Positions 1 to 9,745 are shown, numbered from the stretch's first letter. The stretch: 64,000 nucleotides of DNA from an uncultured bacterium (GCA_963732385.1 CAVSZB010000008.1:384001-448000); one strand, 5' to 3'. Translations and numbers: made by a program. The notes: generated by a model not told the origin, from the sequence alone.

Positions 1-1
1 G

Positions 2-139
2 CGCTTCGACGCTCTTGGCCAGCCGCTCGACGCATCCGATCAGCCGTTCCTGGCGCAGGGACGGGCGATCCTGGCCCGCGGCGCCGTGCGCGACACGGTG
101 AGCGTCGACGCCTTCACCGGGGGGGTGCAGGGGCCGTGA
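2..139 (+). CDS. 3' end of a minor pilin/pseudopilin (MshC/GspH/FimT-like), truncated by the window edge
   Basis: Frame 2 reads RFDALGQPLD...VSVDAFTGGVQGP*, resembling the F-D/N-x-x-G-x-P ... TG C-terminus of GspH/MshC-like pilins; stop overlaps the next pilin's GTG. Confidence 0.55.
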   Translation, partial: RFDALGQPLDASDQPFLAQGRAILARGAVRDTVSVDAFTGGVQGP

Positions 140-540
140 GCGGATGGAGCGACCGGCGGGGCGCCTCGATGTTCGAACTGGTGATGGTGATCCTGCTGGT
201 GGGGGTCGGGATCGTGCCGATCCTCGCCATGTTCCGCGAGGCGGCGCGTCAGGCGCCGGTGTCGGAGCTGCAGACGCGCGCCGCGCTGCTCGCGGCCGAG
301 CGGATGGAGGAACTGGTGCGCGATCGCATGGATCCGGGGCGTGGCTACGACTGGATCGTCGCGGCGAACTATCCCGCCGATGTTGCCATCGCCGGTTTCC
401 CCGGCTTCACGCGCACGACGACGATCGAGTCCGACACCACGATCAGCGGCGCCCCGATCCGCCGCGTGCGCGTCACGGTGGCCAAAGCTGGCGCGGCCGC
501 GGTGGACCTGCGGACCTGGTTCGCGGAGGTGGCGCCGTGA
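136..540 (+). CDS. Minor type IV pilin (MshD/PilV-like)
   Basis: Prepilin motif RRG|ASMFELVMVILLVGVG with E5 and a hydrophobic helix; pilus operon context. Confidence 0.85.
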   Translation: MSGWSDRRGASMFELVMVILLVGVGIVPILAMFREAARQAPVSELQTRAALLAAERMEELVRDRMDPGRGYDWIVAANYPADVAIAGFPGFTRTTTIESDTTISGAPIRRVRVTVAKAGAAAVDLRTWFAEVAP

Positions 541-1070
541 TGCCTCGCTCCAGCCGGCCGGGACGCGCGGGCGTGACCCTCGTGGAGCTGGTCATCTCCA
601 TCGTGCTGGTGACGATCGTGTCGGGCATGCTGGCGGTCACGCTGCGCGAGGGGTTCGCGGTGTACGCGGCGGCGCAGGGGCGCAAATCGGCCCTGCAGGA
701 GGGGCGCGCCGTGCTGCTGCGCGCCGAGCGGGAGGTGCGTCAGATTCGCGACCGGGGGGCCCTGCTGGCCGCCGGGCCGAGCCTGGTGACGCTGCGCACC
801 GTGGCCGACTCGACGGTGGGGTTGAGCTGGGCCGGCTCGCCGGGGGCGCCGCTGCTCTACGCGCGCAACGGACGGTCCTATGTATTTTGCTCCGGCGTTG
901 ACTCGTTCGCGCTCGCCTACACGCAGGGCGACGGCAGTGCGGCGGCGCCTCTGGTGGCGCCCGACAGCACGGATGTCCGCTACCTGACCCTCTACCTGCG
1001 TTTGTCGCGCGGCGGCCAGAAGGTGGCGCTGCGCGAGGGGATCATGTTGCGCAACCTGCGGGGGAGCTGA
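540..1070 (+). CDS. Minor type IV pilin (MshO/PilW/GspJ-like)
   Basis: RAG|VTLVELVISIVLVTIV N-methylation motif; ATG overlaps previous stop. Confidence 0.85.
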   Translation: MPRSSRPGRAGVTLVELVISIVLVTIVSGMLAVTLREGFAVYAAAQGRKSALQEGRAVLLRAEREVRQIRDRGALLAAGPSLVTLRTVADSTVGLSWAGSPGAPLLYARNGRSYVFCSGVDSFALAYTQGDGSAAAPLVAPDSTDVRYLTLYLRLSRGGQKVALREGIMLRNLRGS

Positions 1071-1071
1071 C

Positions 1072-1443
1072 ATGCGGCGCGAGGGGAGTTCGGTCGTGGC
1101 GGCCGTGATGGTGCTGCTCGTGCTGTCGTCGCTCGGGCTGCTCCTGTCGGCCCAGGTTGCCGGCGACCAGCTCGTGGCGGCGAACCAGATCGAGGCGGCG
1201 CGCGCTTTCTATGCGGCCGAAGCGGGCCTCGAACTTGCAACCCGCTGCCTGGAAGACAGTCCCGCCTGGAGCGGCGTGCCGGCGCCGGGGCTGTCGGTGG
1301 GTCCGGCGCGGTTCACGGTAACGATTTCCGACAGTTCCGCGGCGGGGACCCCGCTGGCGAGTGGCCAGAAAAGGATCACCGCCAAGGGTGTTTCTGGCCA
1401 GGCGGAACGGCGTTTGACCCTGTTGGCGCAGTTCGGCGGTTGA
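1072..1443 (+). CDS. PilX N-terminal domain pilus assembly protein (MshP/PilX-like)
   Basis: REG|SSVVAAVMVLLVL lacking E5, plus RAFYAAEAGLE PilX_N signature. Confidence 0.85.
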   Translation: MRREGSSVVAAVMVLLVLSSLGLLLSAQVAGDQLVAANQIEAARAFYAAEAGLELATRCLEDSPAWSGVPAPGLSVGPARFTVTISDSSAAGTPLASGQKRITAKGVSGQAERRLTLLAQFGG

Positions 1444-1453
1444 GAGGGGGGGC

Positions 1454-3274
1454 ATGAAGGGGCAGCGGACAGTATCGGTGGGCCCGCGCACGCTGCGCGG
1501 TCGCAACGACCGCGTGACGGCGCTGCTCTGCGGGCACGACCGGCTGGGCGTGGCGGCGGTCCAGGCGACCCGCGGCCGTCCGCGGCTGGAAAGCCTGGAA
1601 CTGATCCCCCTGACCGCCGACCTGCTCGCAGCGCACGGCTCACCGCTCGGCTGCTGTCGCGCGTTGTTGCCGGAGCTCGTCGTTCGGCACGGCCTGCACG
1701 GGCAGCGCGCCGTGGTCGTGGTGGAATCGGCCCGTACGGCCGCCCGCTTCTGGGCCGCCCCGGACCTGCCGGAACGGGATCGTCTCGGCGCGCTCGGCTT
1801 CGAGGCGGAGAAATGGTGCCAGGCTCCCGCGGCCGGCCTGTGGCTCGGCTGTCTTGACGCGGCCCCCCCGACGGTCAGCGGGATTGAAGGCGCACATTCG
1901 GGCGTCGGCGCCTACGCGACGGAAGAGGGAGTGCTCGCGGTCGCCACGCCCCTGGATGGCGTGGCGCCGCTGTTGCGCGCGGTGGCGGAGGCGGGACTCG
2001 AACCGTGGGGCGTGACCGTGCCCCCGCTCGCGCTCGAGAGCCTGCTCATCGACGATTCCACCATCGACTCCGTCGCTACCTCGGCTGCCGTGCACATCGG
2101 TGCGCAGCGCAGCTGGCTGACGGTCTGCGCGCGCGGACGGCTGCTCATGGTGCGCGAGCTGGAGGTGGCGCGTGATGGTTTCGCCTCCGCGCTGGCGATA
2201 ATCCCGGTCGAGGGACGGGGCAGCGTGCGGTTGACCTCGGATGAGGCCGCCGACCTGCTGGCGAGCGTCGGCTGGGTAGTGGATGACGAGCCGTTCGGCA
2301 TGGCCAACGAGCAGATTCCCATGGAAGCCGTAAAATTCGCCCTGCGTCCGGTGCTGGAGCGTCTGGCCTCGTCGATCAGCCGCTCGCTCGACTTCTGCCG
2401 CGAGCAGTACTTCGTGGAGATCCCCGAGACGATCGCGTTGACCGGCGAGGGGGCGAACGTGCCGCATCTCGACACTTATCTCGGCGCGAACCTGCTCACC
2501 CGCTTCGTGTGCGGCGTCGCCTGGGAAGGGCGTCTCGACGTGGGCGGCGAAAGCGCCGAGTGCTGGTCGCGCGCGCCCGAGCTGGCTTGCGTGGTGGCCG
2601 GCGCCGCCCTGGGCGGCCTGCGCGGGCGGGTCCTGCCGGCACGGGCCGGGGCGCTCGGTCTGCCCCGCTGGTTCACGCTGCCGGTGCGGCGGATTCTGGC
2701 CGGCGCCGCCGTGGTCCTCGCGCTCGCCTGTCTGGTGACGGAAGGGCAGGCGATGCGCCTGCGGGCGCGGGCCGCGACGGACAGCGCCAGGGTGGCGGAA
2801 CTGGAGGCGCGTCTGGACGCCGCGCGGCGCGACTGGCGCGTTTCTGAGGCGGGCCGGGCGGAGCGGCAGCTGGTCGAGATCTTCGCGCGCGGCAACGTCC
2901 GCGCCGACGGTATCCTCAAGACCCTCAGCCGGGCCGTGGGATCGGAAGTGACGCTCACCGAACTGAGCCTGCCCAGCCTGAACGGCGGGCTGCTCGATCT
3001 CGTCGCCGCGCCCGCGGTGACCACGCCCGGCGGGGATCTGCCGCAGGAACGCGACATGTTGACGCTCAGCGGCGTGGTGCGCACGGATCGCGATCGCCTC
3101 GAGACCGTCCTGTCGCGGCTCATCGTCGCGCTCCAGAACGGACCGTATTTCCAGAACGTGACCTTCGTGCGGAGCGAGGAGGAGGAGCCGGGCACCGCCT
3201 CCTTCCAGCTGCGCTGCCGAATCCGCCAGGGTCTGCGTCCCGGGGCCGGGGAACGGGTGGTGGCGAATCGATGA
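1454..3274 (+). CDS. Fused PilM (actin-like) - PilN pilus alignment protein
   Basis: ISRSLDFCREQ and IALTGEGANVPHLDTYL PilM-like motifs, a TM helix, then a PilN-like domain (LTEL...LTLSG...F.NV...FQLRC). Confidence 0.75.
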   Translation: MKGQRTVSVGPRTLRGRNDRVTALLCGHDRLGVAAVQATRGRPRLESLELIPLTADLLAAHGSPLGCCRALLPELVVRHGLHGQRAVVVVESARTAARFWAAPDLPERDRLGALGFEAEKWCQAPAAGLWLGCLDAAPPTVSGIEGAHSGVGAYATEEGVLAVATPLDGVAPLLRAVAEAGLEPWGVTVPPLALESLLIDDSTIDSVATSAAVHIGAQRSWLTVCARGRLLMVRELEVARDGFASALAIIPVEGRGSVRLTSDEAADLLASVGWVVDDEPFGMANEQIPMEAVKFALRPVLERLASSISRSLDFCREQYFVEIPETIALTGEGANVPHLDTYLGANLLTRFVCGVAWEGRLDVGGESAECWSRAPELACVVAGAALGGLRGRVLPARAGALGLPRWFTLPVRRILAGAAVVLALACLVTEGQAMRLRARAATDSARVAELEARLDAARRDWRVSEAGRAERQLVEIFARGNVRADGILKTLSRAVGSEVTLTELSLPSLNGGLLDLVAAPAVTTPGGDLPQERDMLTLSGVVRTDRDRLETVLSRLIVALQNGPYFQNVTFVRSEEEEPGTASFQLRCRIRQGLRPGAGERVVANR

Positions 3275-3903
3275 TCGTGAACCTGCGGTGGCGTAATACG
3301 CGCGTTGAACTTCTGCTGCTGGCGGGCGGGTCCGTGACGCTGCTCCTGGCCGGTGCGCTGTTGCTCGCGCCGCGTGTCCGGACCACGGCGCGGCTCACCC
3401 GTGAGGTGGCGGTCGCGACGGAACGGACGCAGCGGCTGCAGCGCGAACTTGCCCCCTACCTGCCTTTGCTGGCCAGCGCGGCCCAGCCCGGCCCCGCGCG
3501 CGTCTTCGGCGCCGCGTCGGCGGAAACCGCCATTCCCGGCCTGCTGGATCGTCTCGCCGCGCTCGGGCGCGACTGTGCGCTCACCGTGACCGCGATGTCG
3601 CCCGAGACCTCCGCTCCTCAGCCCCTGCCGGCGTCGTCCGACGGCGCGACAATGGCGGGGGCGGAAGAGCCGCGCTGTTTTCGGGTGCTGACGGTGGATG
3701 TGGAGGCGGAGGCCGATTTCGCCGGTCTGGGGCGCTATCTGGAGGCGCTGTCCGGACTCGACATTCCGCTGGCCGTGCTGGCCCTGAAGATCGAACCGGC
3801 GGGTCGCGGCGGCCTGGAGCGGGTTGTGGCGCGGTTCACGCTCGGCACCTGGGTTCTCGAGGATCCGGCCGGCGGGGAAAAGAGGCGCGATGAAGCTGCG
3901 TAG
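3271..3903 (+). CDS. PilO/GspM-like pilus assembly protein
   Basis: N-terminal TM, coiled coil, VEAEADFAGLGRYLEALSGL PilO-like motif; follows PilMN. Confidence 0.75.
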   Translation: MIVNLRWRNTRVELLLLAGGSVTLLLAGALLLAPRVRTTARLTREVAVATERTQRLQRELAPYLPLLASAAQPGPARVFGAASAETAIPGLLDRLAALGRDCALTVTAMSPETSAPQPLPASSDGATMAGAEEPRCFRVLTVDVEAEADFAGLGRYLEALSGLDIPLAVLALKIEPAGRGGLERVVARFTLGTWVLEDPAGGEKRRDEAA

Positions 3904-4423
3904 GCGCGAGGCGGTCTGGCTTTTGGTGCTGGGTGGACTGCTGCTGGTCGTGCGGGGGATGGATTCACGCACGGCGTCGCTGCGCCGGAGCGCAAGCGCT
4001 GACGTGAAGAGCGCTGCCGAGACCGCCGCGCCGCCAACGGCAACGGCCCTGCCTGCCGCGCCGGGCGGCGGCTACCCCGGCGCCCTGATCTCGACGGCGG
4101 ACCTCGCGACGATGGCCTGGGGCCCCAACCCGTTTCGCAGCAGCGACTCGAGACGCGTCGAGGCGGCCCTGACCGACCGCTCCGCAATGGAAAGGCCCGC
4201 CGCTTCCGCCACGCCTGCCGGGTCGCGGGTGCCGCGCTTCCAGGGCCTGGTGACGGTGAAGGGCCGGACGCTGGCCGCGCTCGACGGGAAGTTTTTCGCC
4301 CCGGGCGAGCGGATCGGCGGCTGGCTGGTACAGGAAATCAGTCCCGGCGGAGTGACCGTGCGCCAGGTGCGCACCGGGGAAGTGCGGCGGTTGAGCCGTG
4401 AACGGACGGCATTGGCGCCCTGA
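3890..4423 (+). CDS. PilP/MshK-like pilus assembly protein
   Basis: N-terminal TM, WGPNPF motif, LQG/ALDGK..GE.IGGW.V.EI beta domain; directly upstream of secretin. Confidence 0.6.
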   Translation: MKLRRREAVWLLVLGGLLLVVRGMDSRTASLRRSASADVKSAAETAAPPTATALPAAPGGGYPGALISTADLATMAWGPNPFRSSDSRRVEAALTDRSAMERPAASATPAGSRVPRFQGLVTVKGRTLAALDGKFFAPGERIGGWLVQEISPGGVTVRQVRTGEVRRLSRERTALAP

Positions 4424-4448
4424 CGCGCGGAGCCATGAGGGGGATGGG

Positions 4449-5885
4449 ATGAGAACGAGACTTTGCCTGCTGCTGGCGATGGCGTGCACGATGGCTTTCG
4501 CCGTGGCGGTCTCCGCTCGCGATGCGGACCCGGACGATCTGTCGCCGACGGCGATGCCGGCCGCTGCCCCGGCCGCTGGCCTGAAGGTCGCCATGGCGGC
4601 AGCGCAGCCGGCGGCGCCGGACGCCGTCGCGGCGTCCCTGTCCGCGCGCCCGTCCACGTTGAGCCTGGCGCTTGATGACATGCCCCTGCGTGCGGTTCTG
4701 CAGGGCCTGGCGGAGCAGGCGGGGCGCAGCCTCGTCATCGGACCCGAGGTGCAGGGCGAGGTCTCCGCCACGCTCAGCAACGTCACCTTCGAGGAGGCTC
4801 TGCGCGCGATCCTCGCCACCACGCCGTATGGCTACAGCCTGCGGGACGACGTGTGGTCGATCGGCACGCTGGCGATCGAGACCCGGGTCTTCAGCCTGAC
4901 GTACGTCGGGGGCGACGCGGTCAAGGAGGCGCTCACGCCGTTCCTTTCCGAGAAGGGACGGGTCGAGGCTTTGACCGCTCTCAACAACGGCGACATCGCG
5001 GGGACGCCGTCGAAGTCGAAGCTCGTGGTCACCGATATCCCGGATCGACTCGACCGCATCGAAGCGGTCATCCGCAGCCTCGATGTGCGGCCGCGGCAGG
5101 TGCGCATCGAGGCGCGCATGGTCGAGACCACCGTCGGGCACGACGCGTCCCTCGGCATCAAATGGAGCCTCGACGTCTCGGCGCGCGGCGGCGCGGCGCC
5201 CACCACGTTCCCGTTCCGCCACGACGGGGCGCCCGTCTCCGACTACGCAGCGACCGGCGACTCCGAGAGCGGTGGCACCGACCTTGGCGGTCGTCAGTTC
5301 CTGCCCGGCGAGTTCTTCCCCGCGCCCCAGCGCACGGATTTCGTGTTCGGCATCATGGACGCCAGCCAGCTCGGCGTGGCGGTACAGGCGCTGGAGAACG
5401 ACGTCAACGCGAACGTCCTGGCCACGCCGACGATCACCACCACCGATGGTCGGAAGGCGCAGGTGCTGGTCGGCCAGCAGATTCCGGTGCCGATCTACGA
5501 ACGGCAGCAGGAGACCGGCGTGCTCGAGATCACCGGCTACCAGCAGCAGGAGGTCGGCATCTCGCTGGATGTGACGCCCCACGTCGGACGCGACGGCGAG
5601 ATACTCATGGAGGTCACCCCCTCTACCAGCGACATCGTGGAGTTCATCGGCGAGTTCAAGGACCGTCCGATCACCAAGACACGGGTGGCGCGGACCCAGG
5701 TGGTCGTGCGCGAGGGGCAGACCCTGGCGATCGCCGGCCTGCTGTCGGAATCGGAATTCACGACGCATTCCAAGGTGCCTTTGCTGGGCGATATCCCGCT
5801 GCTCGGTCACCTCTTCCGTCACAGCGGGACCGAGAAGCGCAAAGTCGAGCTGCTGATCTTCATCACTCCGACCCTGCTGGACTGA
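4449..5885 (+). CDS. Secretin (PilQ/MshL/GspD family)
   Basis: Signal peptide, STN-like domain, LDVRPRQVRIEARMVE and KVPLLGDIPLLGHLFR...ELLIFITP secretin signatures. Confidence 0.93.
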   Translation: MRTRLCLLLAMACTMAFAVAVSARDADPDDLSPTAMPAAAPAAGLKVAMAAAQPAAPDAVAASLSARPSTLSLALDDMPLRAVLQGLAEQAGRSLVIGPEVQGEVSATLSNVTFEEALRAILATTPYGYSLRDDVWSIGTLAIETRVFSLTYVGGDAVKEALTPFLSEKGRVEALTALNNGDIAGTPSKSKLVVTDIPDRLDRIEAVIRSLDVRPRQVRIEARMVETTVGHDASLGIKWSLDVSARGGAAPTTFPFRHDGAPVSDYAATGDSESGGTDLGGRQFLPGEFFPAPQRTDFVFGIMDASQLGVAVQALENDVNANVLATPTITTTDGRKAQVLVGQQIPVPIYERQQETGVLEITGYQQQEVGISLDVTPHVGRDGEILMEVTPSTSDIVEFIGEFKDRPITKTRVARTQVVVREGQTLAIAGLLSESEFTTHSKVPLLGDIPLLGHLFRHSGTEKRKVELLIFITPTLLD

Positions 5886-5980
5886 AAATGCCGGCTCAAG
5901 CGGACGGATTGCAGGACGATAGTTGGACCGGACAGTTCACCAGGACTACGCGGCAGGCCGCGCGAATCCGCGGGAAGGTA

Positions 5981-6364
5981 ATGATGGCCCGGAAAATTCT
6001 CGTCGTCGACGACCAGGAAAACATCGCGCGCATCGTGCGCATGATGCTCGAGAACAAGGGCTACGCGACCATCTGGGCGGCCGATGGCGCCGAGGCGCTG
6101 CGTCTGGCGAAGACCGAGGAGCCGGACCTTATCCTGCTCGATGTCATGCTGCCGAAGATCGATGGTTTCAAGGTTTGCCGTCTTCTGAAGTTCGACAAGA
6201 AGTACAGCCATATCCCGATTGTTCTTCTCACCGCCAAATCGTCTCCCGGTGACAAGCAGACAGGCCGTGAGGTGGGGGCGGATTACTACCTGGAAAAGCC
6301 GTTCCAGCCGGTGCAGCTGATTCAGGTCATCGAGCAATTGCTCTCGTTGGAGGGAGTACAATGA
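5981..6364 (+). CDS. Single-domain response regulator (CheY/PilH-like receiver)
   Basis: KILVVDD, PDLILLDVMLP, LLTAK, EKPF receiver motifs; no output domain; start 5981 or 5984. Confidence 0.92.
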   Translation: MMARKILVVDDQENIARIVRMMLENKGYATIWAADGAEALRLAKTEEPDLILLDVMLPKIDGFKVCRLLKFDKKYSHIPIVLLTAKSSPGDKQTGREVGADYYLEKPFQPVQLIQVIEQLLSLEGVQ

Positions 6365-6738
6365 AGCGCATCGATCGTCAGGGTTTCACGCTCATCGAAC
6401 TGGTCATCGTGATCGTGATTCTCGGGATCCTGGCCACGGTTGCCATTCCGAAGTACGTGGACATGCAGACCGAAGCCCGGGAAGCGGCCGTACGAGGGGC
6501 GCTGGGCAACATTCGCGCGGCGCTGGCCATCGAGTACGCGCGCGCGGCGGTGACCACCGGCACGGCGGCGTTCCCGGCGACGCTGACAGGGGCGCTGTTC
6601 GCCGTCGGCACGGTTCCGCAGGATCCGGTGACGAATCTCCAGAAGGTCGTCACCACGTACGACGGCACGGGCGGGTGGGTCTACACCGCCGCCTCCGGTT
6701 CCGTCACCTGCAATGTGGCCGGCTACTCGACCTACTGA
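6361..6738 (+). CDS. Major type IV pilin, MshA-like
   Basis: RQG|FTLIELVIVIVILGILATVAIPKYVDMQTEAREAA..GALG resembles MSHA major pilins; strong hairpin downstream. Confidence 0.9.
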   Translation: MKRIDRQGFTLIELVIVIVILGILATVAIPKYVDMQTEAREAAVRGALGNIRAALAIEYARAAVTTGTAAFPATLTGALFAVGTVPQDPVTNLQKVVTTYDGTGGWVYTAASGSVTCNVAGYSTY

Positions 6739-6758
6739 GCGCCCGGCCGGCACTGTGC

Positions 6759-6796
6759 GACGGCGGTGATCGCTCCCCCGAGCGGTCACCGCTGTC
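6759..6796 (+). terminator. 17-bp stem-loop after major pilin (terminator or mRNA-stabilising hairpin)
   Basis: GACGGCGGTGATCGCTC-CCCC-GAGCGGTCACCGCTGTC with two G-U pairs; no U tract. Confidence 0.55.
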
Positions 6797-6850
6797 AGCC
6801 TGCCCGGCACCGGGAAACCCAGCTCCGCACGACAGGAGCGGTTCGCGGCC

Positions 6851-8611
6851 ATGCCCAGGGACTCCTCGATCGTGACCGGGACCGACCGCGGTCCGGTCGG
6901 GCGGTTGACGCCGCTTGTGGCCGGGCTTGGCGCGGCCGCGCTTTATGCCGCGACCGTGGCGCCCGACCTGACCGCTGGCGACAGCGGTGAACTGGCCACG
7001 GCCGCCGCGGTCTGGGGTCTGGCGCATCCACCCGCTTATCCCCTCTGGACCGGACTGGCCCATCTCTGGATCCGACTGTTCGCGCCCGCCGGCTTCACCC
7101 CCGTGGCGGCCACGAATCTGCTGAGCGTTGCGTTGACGGCGCTGGCGATCGGCCTCGCGGCGGCGACGCTGCGTCGGCTGGCCGGCGACGCGCTCGCGGC
7201 GCTGGCGGCCGCCGCGGCCCTCGCCGCGACCGGACCGGTCTGGGCCGGCGCCGTGGTGACGGAGGTCTACGCGCTCCTGTTGCTGCTGGTCGTGGCGCTG
7301 GCCGCGACGCTGCTCGCCGCGCCGGCGCGGGAGGCGGGACCGGGCCGCCTCTGTGCCGCCGGAGCGCTGGCGGGACTCGCCGTGACGGCGCACCATCTGG
7401 CCCTGCTGCCCTTGCTGGTGGCCGTGCCCTGGTTCGTGCGCGCGGCACGCACGCCACGCCGTGCCGCCTGGCTGGCGTTGGGCGGCGTGATCGGCCTGCT
7501 GCCGCTGCTGCTCGTGCCGCTGCGCGCGGCGGCCAGCCCCGACCTGCGCTGGGGATGGCACGATCCCTCCGATCTCGGGGGCTACTTCGGCCGCGCGATC
7601 TACGGCCGTCCCGCCGCCGCGTGGCAGGCGTGGCCGGTTCGGGTGTGGCGACTGGCCGGGTTGCTCGTTGCCGGTGCCGGCGCGGCCGGGCTCGCGCTGG
7701 CGGTCGCAGGGTGGTGGACGGAGGCGCGTCGCCGCGGCGGCCGTCGCGGTGCGGCGCTCGCCGCGGCGGCGCTGCCGACGCTCGCTCTCCCCGCGCTTGC
7801 GGCGCTTGCTCCGTTCTCACCCGATGCCGACGGCGCCTCGCGCGTGGCGCCGTTCCTGATCGTGACGGCCCCCGCGCTCGCCGCCGGCTGGGCGTTCGCG
7901 TTCGCGGCGTGGGGGCGGCTGGTCCGGACGCGCGGCCGGGCCGCAGCGGTGTGGGGCAGCCTGCTGTTCCCGCTGGTCCTCGCCTGGACGCAGCGACCGT
8001 ACCACGATCACCGGTGCGAAACCGCCGCCCGACTTTACGCCGAGGATCTCCTGCGGGGCGTGCCGACCGGCGGCACCCTGCTGGTGGACGGTGACAACGA
8101 GGCGTTCCCCCTCCTGTACCTGCGGGTGGTGGAGGGACGGCGGCCCGATGTGGTCGTGCGGCACCGCCAGGGGTGCGTTTTCGCGGCCGGTCCCGACCTG
8201 TATCGCCTGCCGCCGCGGGAGCGGGAGGCTGCCGCCTGTGCCGGCGACGCGGAGCTGGCGGCGCGGGCCGCGGCGGGGCAGGCGATCCTCTGTCTGGCTC
8301 CGGGGGTGGCGCCGTCGGCGGACACCGCGGCCCGCTTCGAGAGCCGGGGGTTGCTGCGCTGTCTGCTCCCGGAGGGGACGACGGCGTTCGGCGCGGAGGT
8401 GCCGCTCGCGCAGCATCCCGACGGCGCCGGCGCCCGCTTCCTCGACTACCCGACCCGGCGACTGCTGCTCCCTTACGGCGTCGCGGCCTGGGCGAGGGCC
8501 GTGACGGCAGGCGACGGCGGCGCGGAGGCCGCCGCCCGGCTCGCGCTGGCGTCGCTCGGGCATGACGCGCCCGATGTGCGCGCCTGGCTCGCCGCCAACC
8601 GCTCCCGCTGA
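6851..8611 (+). CDS. DUF2723 / TMEM260-like GT-C membrane glycosyltransferase
   Basis: YAATVAP...GDSGEL...GLAHPPAYPLW, AVVTEVY and GDNEAFPLLYL...RPDV motifs; many TM helices. Confidence 0.85.
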   Translation: MPRDSSIVTGTDRGPVGRLTPLVAGLGAAALYAATVAPDLTAGDSGELATAAAVWGLAHPPAYPLWTGLAHLWIRLFAPAGFTPVAATNLLSVALTALAIGLAAATLRRLAGDALAALAAAAALAATGPVWAGAVVTEVYALLLLLVVALAATLLAAPAREAGPGRLCAAGALAGLAVTAHHLALLPLLVAVPWFVRAARTPRRAAWLALGGVIGLLPLLLVPLRAAASPDLRWGWHDPSDLGGYFGRAIYGRPAAAWQAWPVRVWRLAGLLVAGAGAAGLALAVAGWWTEARRRGGRRGAALAAAALPTLALPALAALAPFSPDADGASRVAPFLIVTAPALAAGWAFAFAAWGRLVRTRGRAAAVWGSLLFPLVLAWTQRPYHDHRCETAARLYAEDLLRGVPTGGTLLVDGDNEAFPLLYLRVVEGRRPDVVVRHRQGCVFAAGPDLYRLPPREREAAACAGDAELAARAAAGQAILCLAPGVAPSADTAARFESRGLLRCLLPEGTTAFGAEVPLAQHPDGAGARFLDYPTRRLLLPYGVAAWARAVTAGDGGAEAAARLALASLGHDAPDVRAWLAANRSR

Positions 8612-8770
8612 CCGGGCCTCGCCGCCCGCCGTCGGCCCAAACGCCGCATCCGGGGCTTGCTTCAGGCTCTCGCTTTGCCTACCATCCTGCCTTACCCCCG
8701 ACCTCCCCCGCGCTCCGCCGGTCGTGCCGGCGCCGCGGTGATTTCCCTTACACCAGGGAGCACCCGATCC

Positions 8771-9745
8771 ATGGCGCAGAGCGCGTTGTCCCTGCCGCCG
8801 CATGGCGCGTCGATCCTGAGCGTGCACGGCGTGTCCAAGTCGTATGGCAGCGTGGAGGCGGTCAGGGATATCTCGCTGGAGATTCCCCGCGGCAGCATCT
8901 ACGGCTTCCTCGGCCCGAACGGGGCCGGCAAGTCCACGACGATCCGCATCACGATGGGGATCCTCCTGCCGGATCGCGGCGAGGTGAAGTTCGCCGGTCG
9001 CCCGCTCGACTGGGCTGGCCGGGACCGCATCGGTTACCTGCCCGAGGAACGCGGCCTCTACCGGAAGATGAAGTGCGCCGATCAACTCGCATTCTTCGCC
9101 GAGCTCAAGGGCATGCCACGTCGCGAGGCGCTGACGCGCGCCGCGCTCTGGATGGACCGCATGGGTCTGGGCGACTGGAAGGGCCGCAAGATCGACGAGT
9201 TGTCGAAGGGCATGCAGCAGAAGGTGCAGTTCGCGGCCACCTTCCTTTTCGATCCCGACCTGGTCATTCTCGACGAGCCGTTCGCCGGTCTCGATCCCCT
9301 CAATATCGAGTTGCTGCGCGAGATCATCCTGGAGCAGAAGGCGCAGGGGCGGACGATCATCTTCTCGACGCATATGCTCGCGGAGGCGGAGAAGATCTGC
9401 GACCAGGTCTGCCTGATCGAAGGCGGGGAGAAGATCCTCGACGGTACGCTCGACGAGGTGCGGGGGCAATTCGCGCAGAAGTCCATACGCGTGGCTTACG
9501 AGGGGGGCGGGGAGCCGCCGCCTGACCTGCCCGGCGTGGCTCTGCGGCTGTTCGAGGAGGGCGTCTGGCGGCTCCTGCTCGAACCGGGCGTCGATCCCCA
9601 GCCGCTGCTGGATCGGTTGCGGGCGGCCGGGCGAATCTCCCTTTTCACGGCGAACCGTCCCACCCTCGGCGAGATCTTCCTCGCCGCGGTGACCGGGCGG
9701 CGGGCGATGGCCGGATCCGCGACAGCCGGAGGTGGCGTGCGATGA
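8771..9745 (+). CDS. ABC transporter ATP-binding protein (NatA/YhaQ-like)
   Basis: Walker A GPNGAGKST, signature LSKGMQQK, Walker B ILDEP. Confidence 0.93.
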   Translation: MAQSALSLPPHGASILSVHGVSKSYGSVEAVRDISLEIPRGSIYGFLGPNGAGKSTTIRITMGILLPDRGEVKFAGRPLDWAGRDRIGYLPEERGLYRKMKCADQLAFFAELKGMPRREALTRAALWMDRMGLGDWKGRKIDELSKGMQQKVQFAATFLFDPDLVILDEPFAGLDPLNIELLREIILEQKAQGRTIIFSTHMLAEAEKICDQVCLIEGGEKILDGTLDEVRGQFAQKSIRVAYEGGGEPPPDLPGVALRLFEEGVWRLLLEPGVDPQPLLDRLRAAGRISLFTANRPTLGEIFLAAVTGRRAMAGSATAGGGVR

